A DNA stretch of 55,800 nt, filler included, from Platydemus manokwari (Eukaryota), in NCBI GenBank assembly GCA_037951405.1. It is 5 parts of 5 records of this genome, joined end to end, with 100 filler letters (N's around TTAATTAATTAA, not from the genome) between each part and the next. Parts side by side here need not be neighbours in the genome. Positions count along the whole stretch, not along the records: positions 42,768 to 55,800 come from JBBMOY011871387.1; 4 more parts are not named here. The stretch is one strand, 5' to 3'. Shown here piece after piece: positions 43,847-55,800 of this stretch; position 1 is the first letter of the stretch, and each line of letters begins with the position of its first letter. Below the pieces are notes generated by a model. It was not told where the DNA came from. It made no database searches and saw nothing but the letters and a program-made list of their open reading frames with translations. A program made the translations under genes and the position numbers.

Positions 43847-44283
43847 GTTGCCCCGAATGGCAAAGCTATTGGTGTAGAGCATGTAGAAGAACTGGTAAAA
43901 ACATCAATTGAAAATTGTAAAAAGGACCCTTCCATCAGTTCTTTACTGGACTCCGGTACTCTGGAAATTCACGTTGCTGATGGTAGAAAAGGTTATGTCG
44001 CACATGCACCATATGATGCCATTCATGTCGGAGCGGCGGCTGCTAAAATTCCAGATGAAGTAAAGAAATTGGTTATAATAAATAATCGTTTTAATTACAG
44101 TTTTAGTTGATAGAACAACTAAAACCGGGTGGTCGTTTCATTTGCCCCGTTGGACCGGATGGATACAATCAATCTTTGGTACAAATAGATAAGAAACCCG
44201 ATGGAAATTTAGAGAAAAAGGAAATGATGGGTGTTAGATATGTTCCATTAACTGATTTGAAAAAACAACTTGGTTCTCGTTAA
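43847..44283 (+). CDS. PCMT1: Protein-L-isoaspartate(D-aspartate) O-methyltransferase (PIMT), last two exons
   Basis: Exon 43847-44059 ([17 protein letters not shown]...[22 protein letters not shown]), a 47-nt GT-AG intron at 44060-44106, then exon 44107-44283 ([29 protein letters not shown]...[18 protein letters not shown]-stop). These are canonical PIMT motifs. Confidence 0.93.
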
Positions 44284-47200
44284 GATTGATTTTCAACTTT
44301 GATAATTTTTCTTATTTATAATTCAGCTACGTTTTCAGTTATGATAAGAACTCGAATTTATAGTGGATTGGAAGCTGTTTCGATTGATAAGAACATGTTT
44401 AACATTAAATATTTATACATTGAACTATTTTGTATTTTATCATGCTTCAATAACTAATCAATCATTTTATTATTATTCTCATTAATTATCGATTTTTTTT
44501 CAATTCCAAGTAAATCGCTGAAAATAAATTTTCAAAATTGTCATTTGTGTAATGTGCTTTTATTTTGAAAAAGCACGCATTGAAAAGTAACTGAATAGTC
44601 ACAACATCATATTATCTATTTAAAAACAATAATCTAAACAAATAAATATTTTTTGACACTAGTAACGTGGTACAATAAACAAACACGTTATATTTGTTTA
44701 ATTAAGTGATTCGTTTAAAAGTTCAGTTTTTTAAATAAACATTGAGTGTGATTACCACTGACTACATTAATTTAATAAACTTTTTGAATTGAAATTTTTA
44801 AATCTTCTCATCACCTTTTCTTCAAGATATTTAGTCTGCTATGTATTCCTAATTATCTATAATAAATTCTCCACAAATGAAAATTTATTTTCTTTAAATC
44901 TTAGAATAATCTTTATTTTCGATATATCTTCTCTTCTATACTTCCATGCCACGGACCTCAGAATCGAATAAATGCGTGGCCGCAATGTAAGATGCTATTA
45001 TTTTATAAAGCACGAATTGACAATTCACGAGACCAAATTTAAGAAGAATTATTTAAACAAATTAATATCTTGACATTAATTTATAAACTTTTTTAAATTA
45101 AAATTTCTAAATCCCACAATTTGTATTCACAGTTTATCAGTGAAAAAAATTTCTGATCTCAGAATGATGATCAGTAATAATAATGCTACAGTTTGGATGG
45201 ATATTTATGTTTTCATCTATCTAGAAACTAAGCTGAAAATTTCTCTAAAAATTCATTAAACTTCAAGTTATTGATTATCAGTATAAAGACGAGAAAATGA
45301 TAAAAATAAGTTATCATTGAATATATTAAAAAAATAATTTCGTTATGTTATATATGAAAAGGAAATGATTAAAAATGTTTTACAATTGCCCATAATTAGA
45401 TTTTATTATTGTTTTACAAATTATTTAAAATTTGCAGTGACTTTATTTAATTATTATTCATAAATCATTTATTGTTTACACCATTCATCATTTATTTTGA
45501 TGTTTATTTAATATATTACCTTTAATGAAATAGACCGCCCGAACGATTGTTAACATCGTTGTGTTCATCAATCATATCCTTATGTTGGGTTTTGGTCTAT
45601 TGAGTTAGTATTCCCAACACAGATGAGTGCGATGAGGTTAATCTGATATAAATTCAAACTGACCTTCTCGACTATCAGTCTATTATATAACGACTATTTA
45701 TTATAAAAACGATTATTGGTTACGATAACAACTATTTATTATTCGAATTCAAAAATAATTATTGAATGATAAATCAAAACTTAAGACAATTTTAAAAGAA
45801 AAGTCCTCTATTGAAAAATAATCACAAATACAAAGGTTTTCTATAAATTACAATTAATAATTATAGACAATTTATTTATTTCTCAAACAAACAAGATTTT
45901 GACTTTTACAAGTCATGGTTGAGAGTTGCCGATTAAAATTTAACGAAACGATCTTATAGATACTGATTTTAAAAGTTATAGGTTTTAAAATATATTTACT
46001 GCGACTTCTCCAACCTCCGCACGTTTGAATTTAGCCAGTTCTGTCGTAAAATCAAAAATTGCCAATTTTTCTTTAATTGATGCTTGTGAGCCTTTCTGAG
46101 TTTATTAATCCCTCTTCTGGAAATTAAGACAGTCCTCGGCAGTTTTTCTGTTTTGGAACTAACTTTTTATAGTTAAGATTTTATGAGCGAAGATTTATGA
46201 TTTTTGGTGCCTATTTATACTATTTTAGAAGTGAAAAATTCGCTTTAGAAATTTAAAATTATTTTATTTTTCCAAAAATTTAATTCCAACTATTTAATTA
46301 ATTTTATTTTATAAATTCGATTATTTTTGGATTTTTAGAAATTCCAACTAATTAGAAATTCCAATTAATTTTGGAATTTCTTTATATTATTAGCTTACTT
46401 AAACAAATTCTAAAATTTTATATAAATTAATTTTATTTTTGCTATTTTTATTATTTTTAGGTGCGCTATCTATTATTTTTGTTTTCCGAATTATTTGTCT
46501 TTATTTTTGAGTTTATTTCCATTAAAAACTTCTATCAATTTTAAAATATAATTTTTAACAAAATACGTTATACATTAAATACAATATACATTCAAGGAAA
46601 GATTAGGGAAATTACAGCATCATAAAGCAAAGATTGTAGACAAGTTTATAATCACAAAATATTATAGATGATGCAAGTTTTTAGAGATATCCGAGGTCAT
46701 ATTCCTAGTCCAAATCTACCCACTTATAAGTTCCCCACCATCTTCAGTTTTCTGCTCTCGATCCTTCTGGGATCATCGGTTTCGTTTTTATTTTTTATTT
46801 TGGCTCACTCCGGCCGACGTTCTTATCCTCACGATAAACCGTCCCATCCCAGTCTCCATTCTTGTCTAGTATTATATTTTATTACAGTTAAAATTCACAT
46901 TGAAAGACAATGCAATCATTTTTAGCAAAATATTAGAGAATATAAAGCGTTTCGGGTGTAGGATATTTTTGTTTTAATCAGTCTCAAATTTATTTTTATT
47001 AATCATTGTGGATCACCGTTGTCTTGATCAGTTTCAAATGAGTTCTAATCAAGCCCAAGGTACAATCTATAAAACCTTATTGTTGTAATTATTTTCACCT
47101 CGCAATCAAAACTATATGATGATAAAATTGATTTGTAACAATTATCCAAAGGGTTTACTATTTTTATCAGTTTCAATATTTTTAAACCTATTTATTACAC

Positions 47201-47339
47201 AATTCTCGATCAATGACTTAACTCCTACTGCACTAAACATTTATTAAATATAAAAATAGCAGAAACATAAGTCGTTTCCATCAATATTTTATTCTATTTC
47301 AAAATCACACGCGTTTTTTAATATTAAAAAAATATCATT

Positions 47340-50300
47340 TTTTATCTGACTTTTGAGATCCTTTTTAGCCACTCAATTCTTCAAGGTTTTGGCTGTCCCT
47401 GGAAGTCAAGAAGAACTTGATGTGGACTTCAAAATTTCAAATTTCTATGAGGACCTTCATCATGATCTCCGTTCTTCTTTATCTTATGTGGGTCTTTCTT
47501 CACTAAAACTTCTTCTCCAACTGTGAAAATTCTACAACCTCTTTTTTTTATTTATTTAAGTTTCTGGCTGCTGATTTTATCTGGTTATCCTTTTCTTTGA
47601 TGATCTGATCGTGATGGCTTATTTCATTTAATCGTAACCCATGCATATTAATTCTTCGTCCAAACAATATTTCAAAAGGAGAATGTTCAATTGAACTTTG
47701 ATATGTTGCATTAACGATGAATTCTATCGTAGGCATTAATTTATTCTAAGCCTGTTTCTTTGCAGCTATCGTTGTTACTACCATGTCTCACACCGTCCTA
47801 ATCATCATTTTGGCTAAGCCATTTGCCTGATGTTGGTATGTGGAGATAAATTATTGTTTTATTCCAAATCGTGTTGCTAATTCTTTCATTTCCCTTCCTT
47901 CGACAACTACCCCGATCAGTGAGCATTGATTTTGGAGCATCATACCTATAGATCTATTTATCGATGATGACTTGTGTTACGTTCGGGCCTTATTGATTTT
48001 TTTGTTTGAATAAACTTAATCCTATTTGATACCACTACTGACTTATCAGTCTCTATGAGTTCTTGATTAAAGGCCACAGGTTTAATATACCTTATGTTGT
48101 TGTTCTTTCAACTCGCACAGCCTTATTGTATGATGACAATAGGTGTGGCAGTAGCGATATATTTGGCTTAACCTAACTATCCGTCTGAAATTTAATGAAA
48201 CTATAACTATTTAAAACTTTTATCTATGTTAATAACAATGGGTTACAAATTTACAACTCCTATATGAATAATAACTAAGTTTTATTTTTACAAATATTTA
48301 TTAGCAATTAACATCAATACAACAAATGGTTAACAATTACAATGGATTTTAAAATTACACTATACATCAAATTATACTTATAAAAGGACCTTACTACTTC
48401 CAGAAAAAGAACGGTTGAGCAAAAACTCTATAGTATGAAATACAAGATACGGTATATAATGTAGATCAGTTTTTTACAGGTACGGCCTTATTTTGAGTCT
48501 TCTAGCAAATGCCAGGAATTAACAGGAACAATTTGTCTTCTGCACCAGATGATCTTCTTGAGTGCTTCGAATTTAAACGATGGTTCTTCTCCAATTGATG
48601 TAACGTCAGACAGCGATAGTAACGGCAATTAACAACGAAAAATTATGTCCAGAATTTGTGTCAAAAACTAATGTCCGTGTTGATTGAAATCACTGCCTTA
48701 TATAGGCAGTGAATTACTCGCAGATATTGTCTGTGATGAAATTTAATGCCAATGAATTTATTCACTGTTGAGAGAAATTCTCTCAGAATAAATTTATTAG
48801 GTAGAGAAAATATCTATCGATTAAATTTAATCGAGTGATATTTTTTATTCTGCTATAGAAACAATTGTTTTTAAGGTACTAGTTGGGCCAGAACCCCAAC
48901 TCTACTTTCGTTTTGTCGAATAAGTGGCACTAAGCTTACTAACTTACTGAATCTACCTAAAATGACCAACAAATTTCTGGTTTTAGTCATAAATTCCCTA
49001 AAGTGCACAACATCAACAACGATTTGTTTCAGAAGCCCAAACTCTTCCCTTGGAATCATAATCTCTTTAGTTCTTCCAGTGTGTTAAAGATTGTCGGGTT
49101 TTATATTTTTTCTGCGAGTCGTTTTCCCGCTTCGGCTCTAAGAGTAACTTCGCTATCAATCCTCAGTTTTCCTTGTACAAAGTCATCACAGGCTTCGGGA
49201 GATATTTTCACGTTCCATAGTGTGAGTTTAGCATCGAGTGCAGATGTGCGGCTGAAAGCTCCTCAATAGTACTCAAATGTTGCTTTGGTGACCCTGCATT
49301 CCTTTACTGTGGTCCAATAGAATTCCATTTCCTGATAGATATAATATTGTTTCGGTTCTCCCTTATACACCTTGTGAAGTTGTAGGGCTGGACAATGTAT
49401 AGATTCTGGATAGTTTCGGCTTTTCACAGTCATAAGCCGTTAGCATTGCGGTTTTTCCCACCAGATTGCAGATTAGTCGAATTTTGATGAGTGTGTTAAA
49501 GAATCCACTGTTAATGCCTCCTAGCCCATCGGTAATTGTGGACTGGTTGCATCCGAATTGATCTATCCTCCTTGCGTTTTGATAAATGGTCCCAATACAT
49601 GACTGGCTAGTTGTGTCATATAATTTGTAACTTCTTTGTATTGAGTTTCATTGCTTCTTGAGACCGTCAGTATTCGATTTTCCAGGCATGTCAAGGCCAC
49701 TTTGGCTCGACTGTTAGTTAGTTCATCTCTAGTGAGTTCCTGTAACACGTACTATGGTTTGGAACTCGAGTGATCCTTAATTGCTTGTCTGAATCGAGGG
49801 AGGTATCGCTTGACTTCATTGATAAGCTCTTCGTACCCCTAGATATTGATAGTGGAGAGATTACTATTGGAGGGCTCAATACCCTTTGCTATGCGTAACA
49901 AGCAGTTTTTTACATCCGTGTTGGCTGGTTGTGTTTCATCTGCTATATGCCTCAGGATTATCCCTTGAATTTGACTGCTTGTGTGTGGCTTTATAGCTGG
50001 CGGCGGTTCCTTTTTCTTTTTCTTTCTATTGCGAGCTAGCAGTTCTTCGAATCTGGACTCTATGTGTGTAGTTTCTTCGATAATTACTGAGGGTATTTCG
50101 GTTTCAGGTATCTCCTCAATTTCCATTGGCAATGCGTTCATTTCATTGTCATGTTCGCGTATTTCTGCCAATATTCTTTTTGGAGTTGTTAGTGATTGAG
50201 CATCCATGTCAACGGTGTATTGTGGTGGAATTGCTTCTTCCACTGGCTGAATTTCCGTTTGTAGAGGTTCCTCTAGGTTGCTAATGACCTGATTCTCTTC

Positions 50301-52285
50301 TGCTTGTAGTTCCCTAATAACTGTGATTTTTTTCCATTGATTGAAGTGAATAGGCACTTGTAGAACTTTAATAGTCATACATTGTTCAGGCAGACATCCC
50401 ACGTCCACCAGGTATTCGTCATCATCGACGCGGTTTTCCCAAATTGTGATGGAGAAGGATTTCTTTATTGATTTGTCACGCTTGATGTCTTGTCTGATCT
50501 TTTTCACTTTGATGAAACAGGAATATTGTTTAACCCAGTCTCCATGTTCGGAGGTTTTAATGCATACATTGACTGGAGCGTACACCTAGTTCATACCTCT
50601 GTAGCAGTAATTGAGCCTCACTTCGAAATGTAGTCGTGCGTTCCAGTAGCGTCGCTAATATCCTAGCGGCTTGAGTTAATACCTCGGTGGCTATAGTGAC
50701 ATAAATATGTTTGCTGAGTAACCGTTTTATTTTTTTATCATCTATTTCTGGTTTCTGTACTTCGGCCAACAATTCCGTCGGGAATTGAGCCATTTGTTTG
50801 CGTTCCGCTTTCGTTAACTCGTGAGCACTGTGGTTAACCGAAGAGCAGTGTCGTCCTTTGCTGCATTTGCGAGATCAGATATCTGTGGGGTTATTTCACC
50901 CAATTGTGTAGTTATCCTGTCTGGAGGATTATTTGATTCAGCTTGCTTTTTGTCCATTAATTGCCCGAACGTTTCGTTAGACTGAGGTGCGGAAATGCTT
51001 GGAGTAGTTCCATACTGTGCTAATTGATCGTGGATAGTTGGATTACTATTCATATATTGCTGGGGCGGGCCAGTCATGGGGCCCTGTGCCTCTGTTGTAT
51101 GATATTGTTCAGCTACTGAACAGTCGGTGCAGGTTCCTCAAGACGTGGTTTCTTAATAATTGGCCACCTGTTAGGCATCTGTTGGCCTACCTCGATGTCT
51201 GTGGTGGAACTGCGGTCTCCCCCAATGGGAGTGTTTGCTGTGTGTGTCTGATTTGGATTCTTGATTCGTTGTGACACGAGTAGTCATGATGTGGCAATGT
51301 TCATTTCGAGTAGCTAGGCGTTCAAATCTTTTCTTCTCCTCAAAGTATTCCTGCTCCAGCTGGTAAAACTTGATCCATCGATCGGTGCCCACTTATCTTT
51401 GAGCGAGAAAGGCTTTTTCCGCTGCCTTATTGTCATTTTCTTGCATGGATGAATTGAGAGGACAAACTCGATGTATATGGCCGAATTTTCCGCACCCAAA
51501 ACATTGAAATTCACAGTCCCGTTTAGGTGTAAATCCCTTGGAGGATCTCCAAATATTACTGACGTGGCCGGGTTTACCACATTTATCACATTGGAGGCCG
51601 GTGGCCTTACATTTTTTCGTATAGTGATTATCTTTGCCGGATTTTTTGGCATCTGATTCTCTGTTCGTCCTTATCGGTGGTGGCGCGACAATCTTTGGTT
51701 CGACGTCCGCCCCTTTTGCAGATGGCACAATTCGGCTTCTCACTTTCCCCATTGTCTGTTTGATTTGGTATTTTCAATTGGTTCTGTTGCTGATTCCCTG
51801 TTTCAGCACTATTTTCAAAATTTTGCGCAGATTTGTTCCCCATTTCTTTGTCCTATTTCCACCAATCTGGTATTTTGTACCAATTCATCAAATTCGTCCC
51901 CCATCGAAAACCTTCCCACAAATGATCCTTAACGTTATTCCTTGTATCAGCTGGCCAATTGGTTCTATCTCCATAGGCTGATAGGCAAACTCTCCGACAT
52001 GTTCACCTTACATTTGCTTCCTATTTTTGAATCTCTGTCTAAACAGGTGTCCTGTATTTGCTGGCAATATGGACCTCCCAATCGCATTTTTGAAATCCGC
52101 CAAGTTTTTGTAGGTACTGTTACACTCATTACGCAGTTAAAACGTTCTCAGCCCATGCCCGTTAGATAAATTGGTAGTCGTTTTATCATTTTTTCCTGAC
52201 TCATACCGTGAGCGTCTGAAAGTTGAAAATAATCGGCCATAAACTCATGATAGATGCCGGGTTCACCGTTATAGGGCTTTACTTT
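47340..52285 (-). mobile_element. Decayed Ty3/Gypsy LTR retrotransposon body (gag, unassigned ORF region, RNase H tail, integrase)
   Basis: gag N-terminus KVKPYNGEPGIYHEFMADYFQLSDAHG...LPIYLTG (~52285-52165); zinc knuckles including CFGCGKFGHIHRVC; RNase H-end-like GKNRNANGL (~49430-49460). Integrase core: IVVDVVHF...LLVILGRFSKLV (49059-48900), YRYDAPKSMLTDRG and YQHQANGLA (~47970-47810), NATYQSSIEHSPFEILFGR (47736-47548). Multiple stops and frameshifts. Confidence 0.85.
47981..48900 (-). mobile_element. About 0.9 kb insertion (probable solo LTR) interrupting the Gypsy integrase
   Basis: The integrase reading breaks after ...RQNESR at ~48900 and resumes at VTQVIIDK at ~47980. The insert has imperfect inverted ends (GTTCGGG...CCCCAAC) and a TATA-centred palindrome at 48690-48712. 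No clean TSD. Confidence 0.6.
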
Positions 52286-52289
52286 TATA

Positions 52290-54903
52290 TAATATAATAA
52301 GTTCAAATTGTAAATTCACAATTTGTAAAAAGATATTGATTAATGTTGTAATGATACCAGAAGGATTTTTAGCGCTTATAAGTTCCCAAATATGGTCACC
52401 CTAGATCTTCAACTTATCTGAACTCCAAACAGATAAGAGGTTGTTGTCGCTTAAAACACTCGGGTGATTATAATAAAATTAGTATTTAAAATGTAAATGA
52501 TAAATAATTAAAATAGAATGAACAATACAAAACAAAACAAAATAAAATATATTGATGTACAACTGATAATTGAATTGCAATAAGTTTAAATCACTCAAGA
52601 CGGTATTCGTTATTGTGGGAGGAAAGAGATGTGTAGTCAAGTAAAGAGCAAAGGACGTACCGCTTAGGTGCTCGGGTAAGCCTCTTGTGACAAAAATTTG
52701 AAAGTGGAAAACTTTTTAAGCAGGAACCTATATGATTTTAAAAGACATCAAGACTAAGAATAGCCGTGGGTCGGAAAACATTTAAAAATTTACTCGTAGG
52801 TTGCATCATAGAAATTGGCATAAAAATATCTTCAAGAAAATCTTCGGTTAGAAATTGGCTTACAACTAATAGCTGTAGAAATTGGTTTCGGAATTGAGCT
52901 GGTAACATTCGTCCACGTTTAAAATAAATAGCTTCTTGCGAGAATCAGTCAAATATCGTAAATGTGAATAGTTGAAATTGTGCGAGTGCTGTCTGTTTAT
53001 GCCAGTATATATACTATTTTGTGTCTTATTGTTAGGGATTGAAAAAGAAGACTGAGGAACCAGCGGTTAAACGATCAAAAGCATCAACCAGTCACGAAAT
53101 CGGTTTATTAAACCGTTTATTAAACCAAAAATAACAATAGCTACTGACCAATCTGAACGAGTAAAACCCGTTTCACAAGTCAGGCAAGCAGAAACTGAAG
53201 GAAATTCTCGAATCGTAACATTAGATAAATCTAAGATAGTAACTCTCAATAAATCAGTAAAAGCTATTCCGCTCAACCAGTCAAGAATAGTAAAAGTAGA
53301 TGAATCAAAAACAGTAACGTTGAAGAAAACACTCCATTAAAACAATCATCATCAAATGAGACAGTGCCCATGCACGTCGCGCAACAGAAACCACAAGTGA
53401 AACGACCCCTTCATAATAGTAATTACGTCGACTTGGACGCAACCGAATATGAACGAGAACCGGAACAGCCAAGTGAGCAAACTCAGAAGATCTCGTTAGA
53501 AAAGAGCAATTCAACATCAAATCTTACAAATGCACCGTCAATTGCCTCCATTAAACAACTCGATCCCTCGGATCTCGACAGGATCCTAGATCCCTCAGGT
53601 CTACCTTATCCACCGATCAACGAGACAGTTGTATCTGGTGCAATCCAAATCTCTCCATTAATCCAAGTACTTCTCAAGAGAAGCCATGTCAATGGTGCCA
53701 GCCGGCACAACCAACCAAGTCAAATAACTTGAACTAATTAACAATATATGACTATTTTGTGATTATTAGCAACACTTTATGTATATGTACCTGCCATTGG
53801 GCATCAGTACCATCTATCTTGTGCAATGTATTAATCTAGCATGCTGAGCAAATCTCTAATGTAACCTGGCCACTTAACATTTACAGGGACGTAAATGCTT
53901 AAGGGGGAGATATGTTAGGGATTGTATTGTAAATACAATTAGAAATATAGAATATATATAAATATATAAATATGAAAATATGAAAAATTAAATTTCAAAT
54001 TTCGACAATTAAAATTCTGTATTATCGAATCTTTTTGTAAATACATTAAGCAAGTTGTTTAAGTGAAAACAAACAAAGCCAATCAACATGTGTAAATAAA
54101 GAGAATAAGCAAGTTGTTCAAATGAAAATAAACAAAGAAAATTAATATAAAGAGATATGACATAAGTGAAAATAAACAAAGGCAAGCACATCCAAACCAG
54201 TCACACAAAGCTATTATGAAAATTTAAACAAACAAACCTTAAAGACAAACAAACAAGAACAAAGCCTGCCTTGTTCAAAAATAGTATAAATATCGAGACC
54301 AAATTCAGTAGAATCGCCCTTTACGGCGCTAACAGTTAATCTAAGAGAATAATCTGAAGCGACTAGTAAAACGACAATGAGTAAATTTGTGCTTTCAATT
54401 AATCATTCCATAGTTATATCTGCAAATCCTTCACGGGCTTGTCAGTTACTATAACTCTTAATCTGTCATAACTTTTATCGGGTCGACAATACCCCTCACC
54501 TTTAGGGATAGGTATCGAATCTGTTCTTTTAGAAACTCTTGTAATTTATTATCTAATTATCCAGCTCGTACGCTGATTGTGTAACAGTTATTCAGCTTGT
54601 ATGTTTGTCATATAAATTAATAAACATTTATTATATACGTTGTGTTTTTATTTATATAGTTGTCATAAGTGCGAGTAGTAAGTGCTAGTATCCGCAATCT
54701 TTTGGAGTCAGATTGCTTAAAACCGCTCAATCCTCGAGATACGAAATCTCCACATTATTGTGAATCATGCACCATGTTGCTATTTTTGGTAACATTATAT
54801 GCTTAGTAGCATATGTTGCTAAATTTAGCATATGTACATCATAGGTTACTATTTTTAGTCCAAGTGTCTATTTATAGAAACTAGTGTTGTTATTTATATT
54901 TTC
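52290..54903 (-). mobile_element. LTR family B, copy 2, split by a younger LTR element
   Basis: 52290-53029 matches ~19600-20315 and 54755-54903 matches ~20312-20421. The two halves rejoin exactly when 53030-54754 and one TTAT are removed. Confidence 0.75.
53030..54754 (+). mobile_element. Internally deleted LTR retrotransposon (family C) with 4-bp TSD
   Basis: TTAT TSD at 53026-53029 and 54755-54758. Starts TGTTAGGGATTG. Polypurine tract AAGGGGGAGA at 53901-53910, then a 3' LTR at 53913-54754 that starts with the same TGTTAGGGATTG, ends CCACA and has TATAAA near 54285 and AATAAA near 54619. Confidence 0.85.
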
Positions 54904-55800
54904 CATTCATCAGAAAATCTATTTTTAGATTTCGATGCGGATTTTCCTATTGACCTTAATGTCGATTATTTTTGATGCAATAAAACAAATTTAAAAATTT
55001 TATGAATATTTTTGTAATTTCTGGCATTATTATTTTCTTAATTTGAAAAAAAAATTTATATCAATTTATTTTTATTTTTTTAGTTAATTTGGTTGTGCCA
55101 AAATGGCCTGGTTAGTTCCCCACAGATAATTTTCAATTCTGCTAAAAATATTTTTGATTTCTTCATCATATCGATTCCACCGATAAATACTGGTGAATTT
55201 TTTTATCACGATAATGTTTACAAGAAAATTTTATTTTTGTCAGTCAAGAATAGATTTTATTTGAAAAATCACTGACTATTTTTAATTTAGATTTCTTCGC
55301 ATGGTGTTTTCCAAAATGTTTCCAACTACCTTAACCTATTAATATTATTGATACATCTGAATTCCATAGCTTTTCTAGCATTGCTTCAATAAATTTGCCT
55401 TTCTTGCTCTTTCATTTTGATTACATCATCGGCAAGAAAACAATATGACGTCATAATTTTCATTCGAAAACAATTATATTATAAAACATATTCAATACAA
55501 TGAACACAAATTAAATTATTATAAATTAAATTAATAAATTTTGCGCTAAGTGTGAAAAATATATGATTTGAAAGTAAATCAAAAAATTAATTACAAATAT
55601 TAAAATAATCGCTGAGTTTCATGTGATTATACCAATGTAATTTAAACCAAATATATTTTACTTTAAATGTGGAAAAGAAAGATTACATTGTTAGAACATG
55701 CAATGGACTCAAGGAAACTTATAAGAAATACGTCTAATAAATAGTGTATTAGAAATTTATATATAAAATATCTTTAATTCAAGAGTTAAATTAAGTTAAA

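Noticed and set aside
46560-47310. Possible 3' LTR of the Gypsy element
   Set aside because: Weak PPT, no matching 5' LTR in the window and undefined ends.
49981-52169. Plus-strand ORFs over the Gypsy region
   Set aside because: Antisense shadows of the minus-strand coding sequence.

Overview
Very AT-rich, intron-containing animal genomic DNA. The 41-55 nt introns and dense decayed transposons suggest a flatworm such as a planarian, but that is inference only. The window is five contigs of about 10 kb joined by an artificial 100-nt linker (N44-TTAATTAATTAA-N44). Three partial host genes are recognisable: WDR26/GID7 (minus strand, 5' part, 7 exons), a class I alpha-1,2-mannosidase of family GH47 (plus strand, last 4 exons) and protein-L-isoaspartate O-methyltransferase PCMT1 (plus strand, last 2 exons). 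The rest is mostly decayed transposons: Ty3/Gypsy (including a nested cluster at 47-55 kb), BEL/Pao, Penelope-like, mariner and hAT remnants and MITEs. The most notable observations are a cluster of three RFX X-box motifs, a hairpin with a near-invariant 9-nt loop and different stems shared by two LTR families, a Gypsy element with four zinc knuckles and about 1.9 kb of unassigned coding sequence where protease/RT should be, a TSD-flanked LTR element retaining only 12 bp of its 5' LTR, and a possible pseudoknotted RNA island at 45.5 kb. I cannot claim a proven new biological system from sequence alone.
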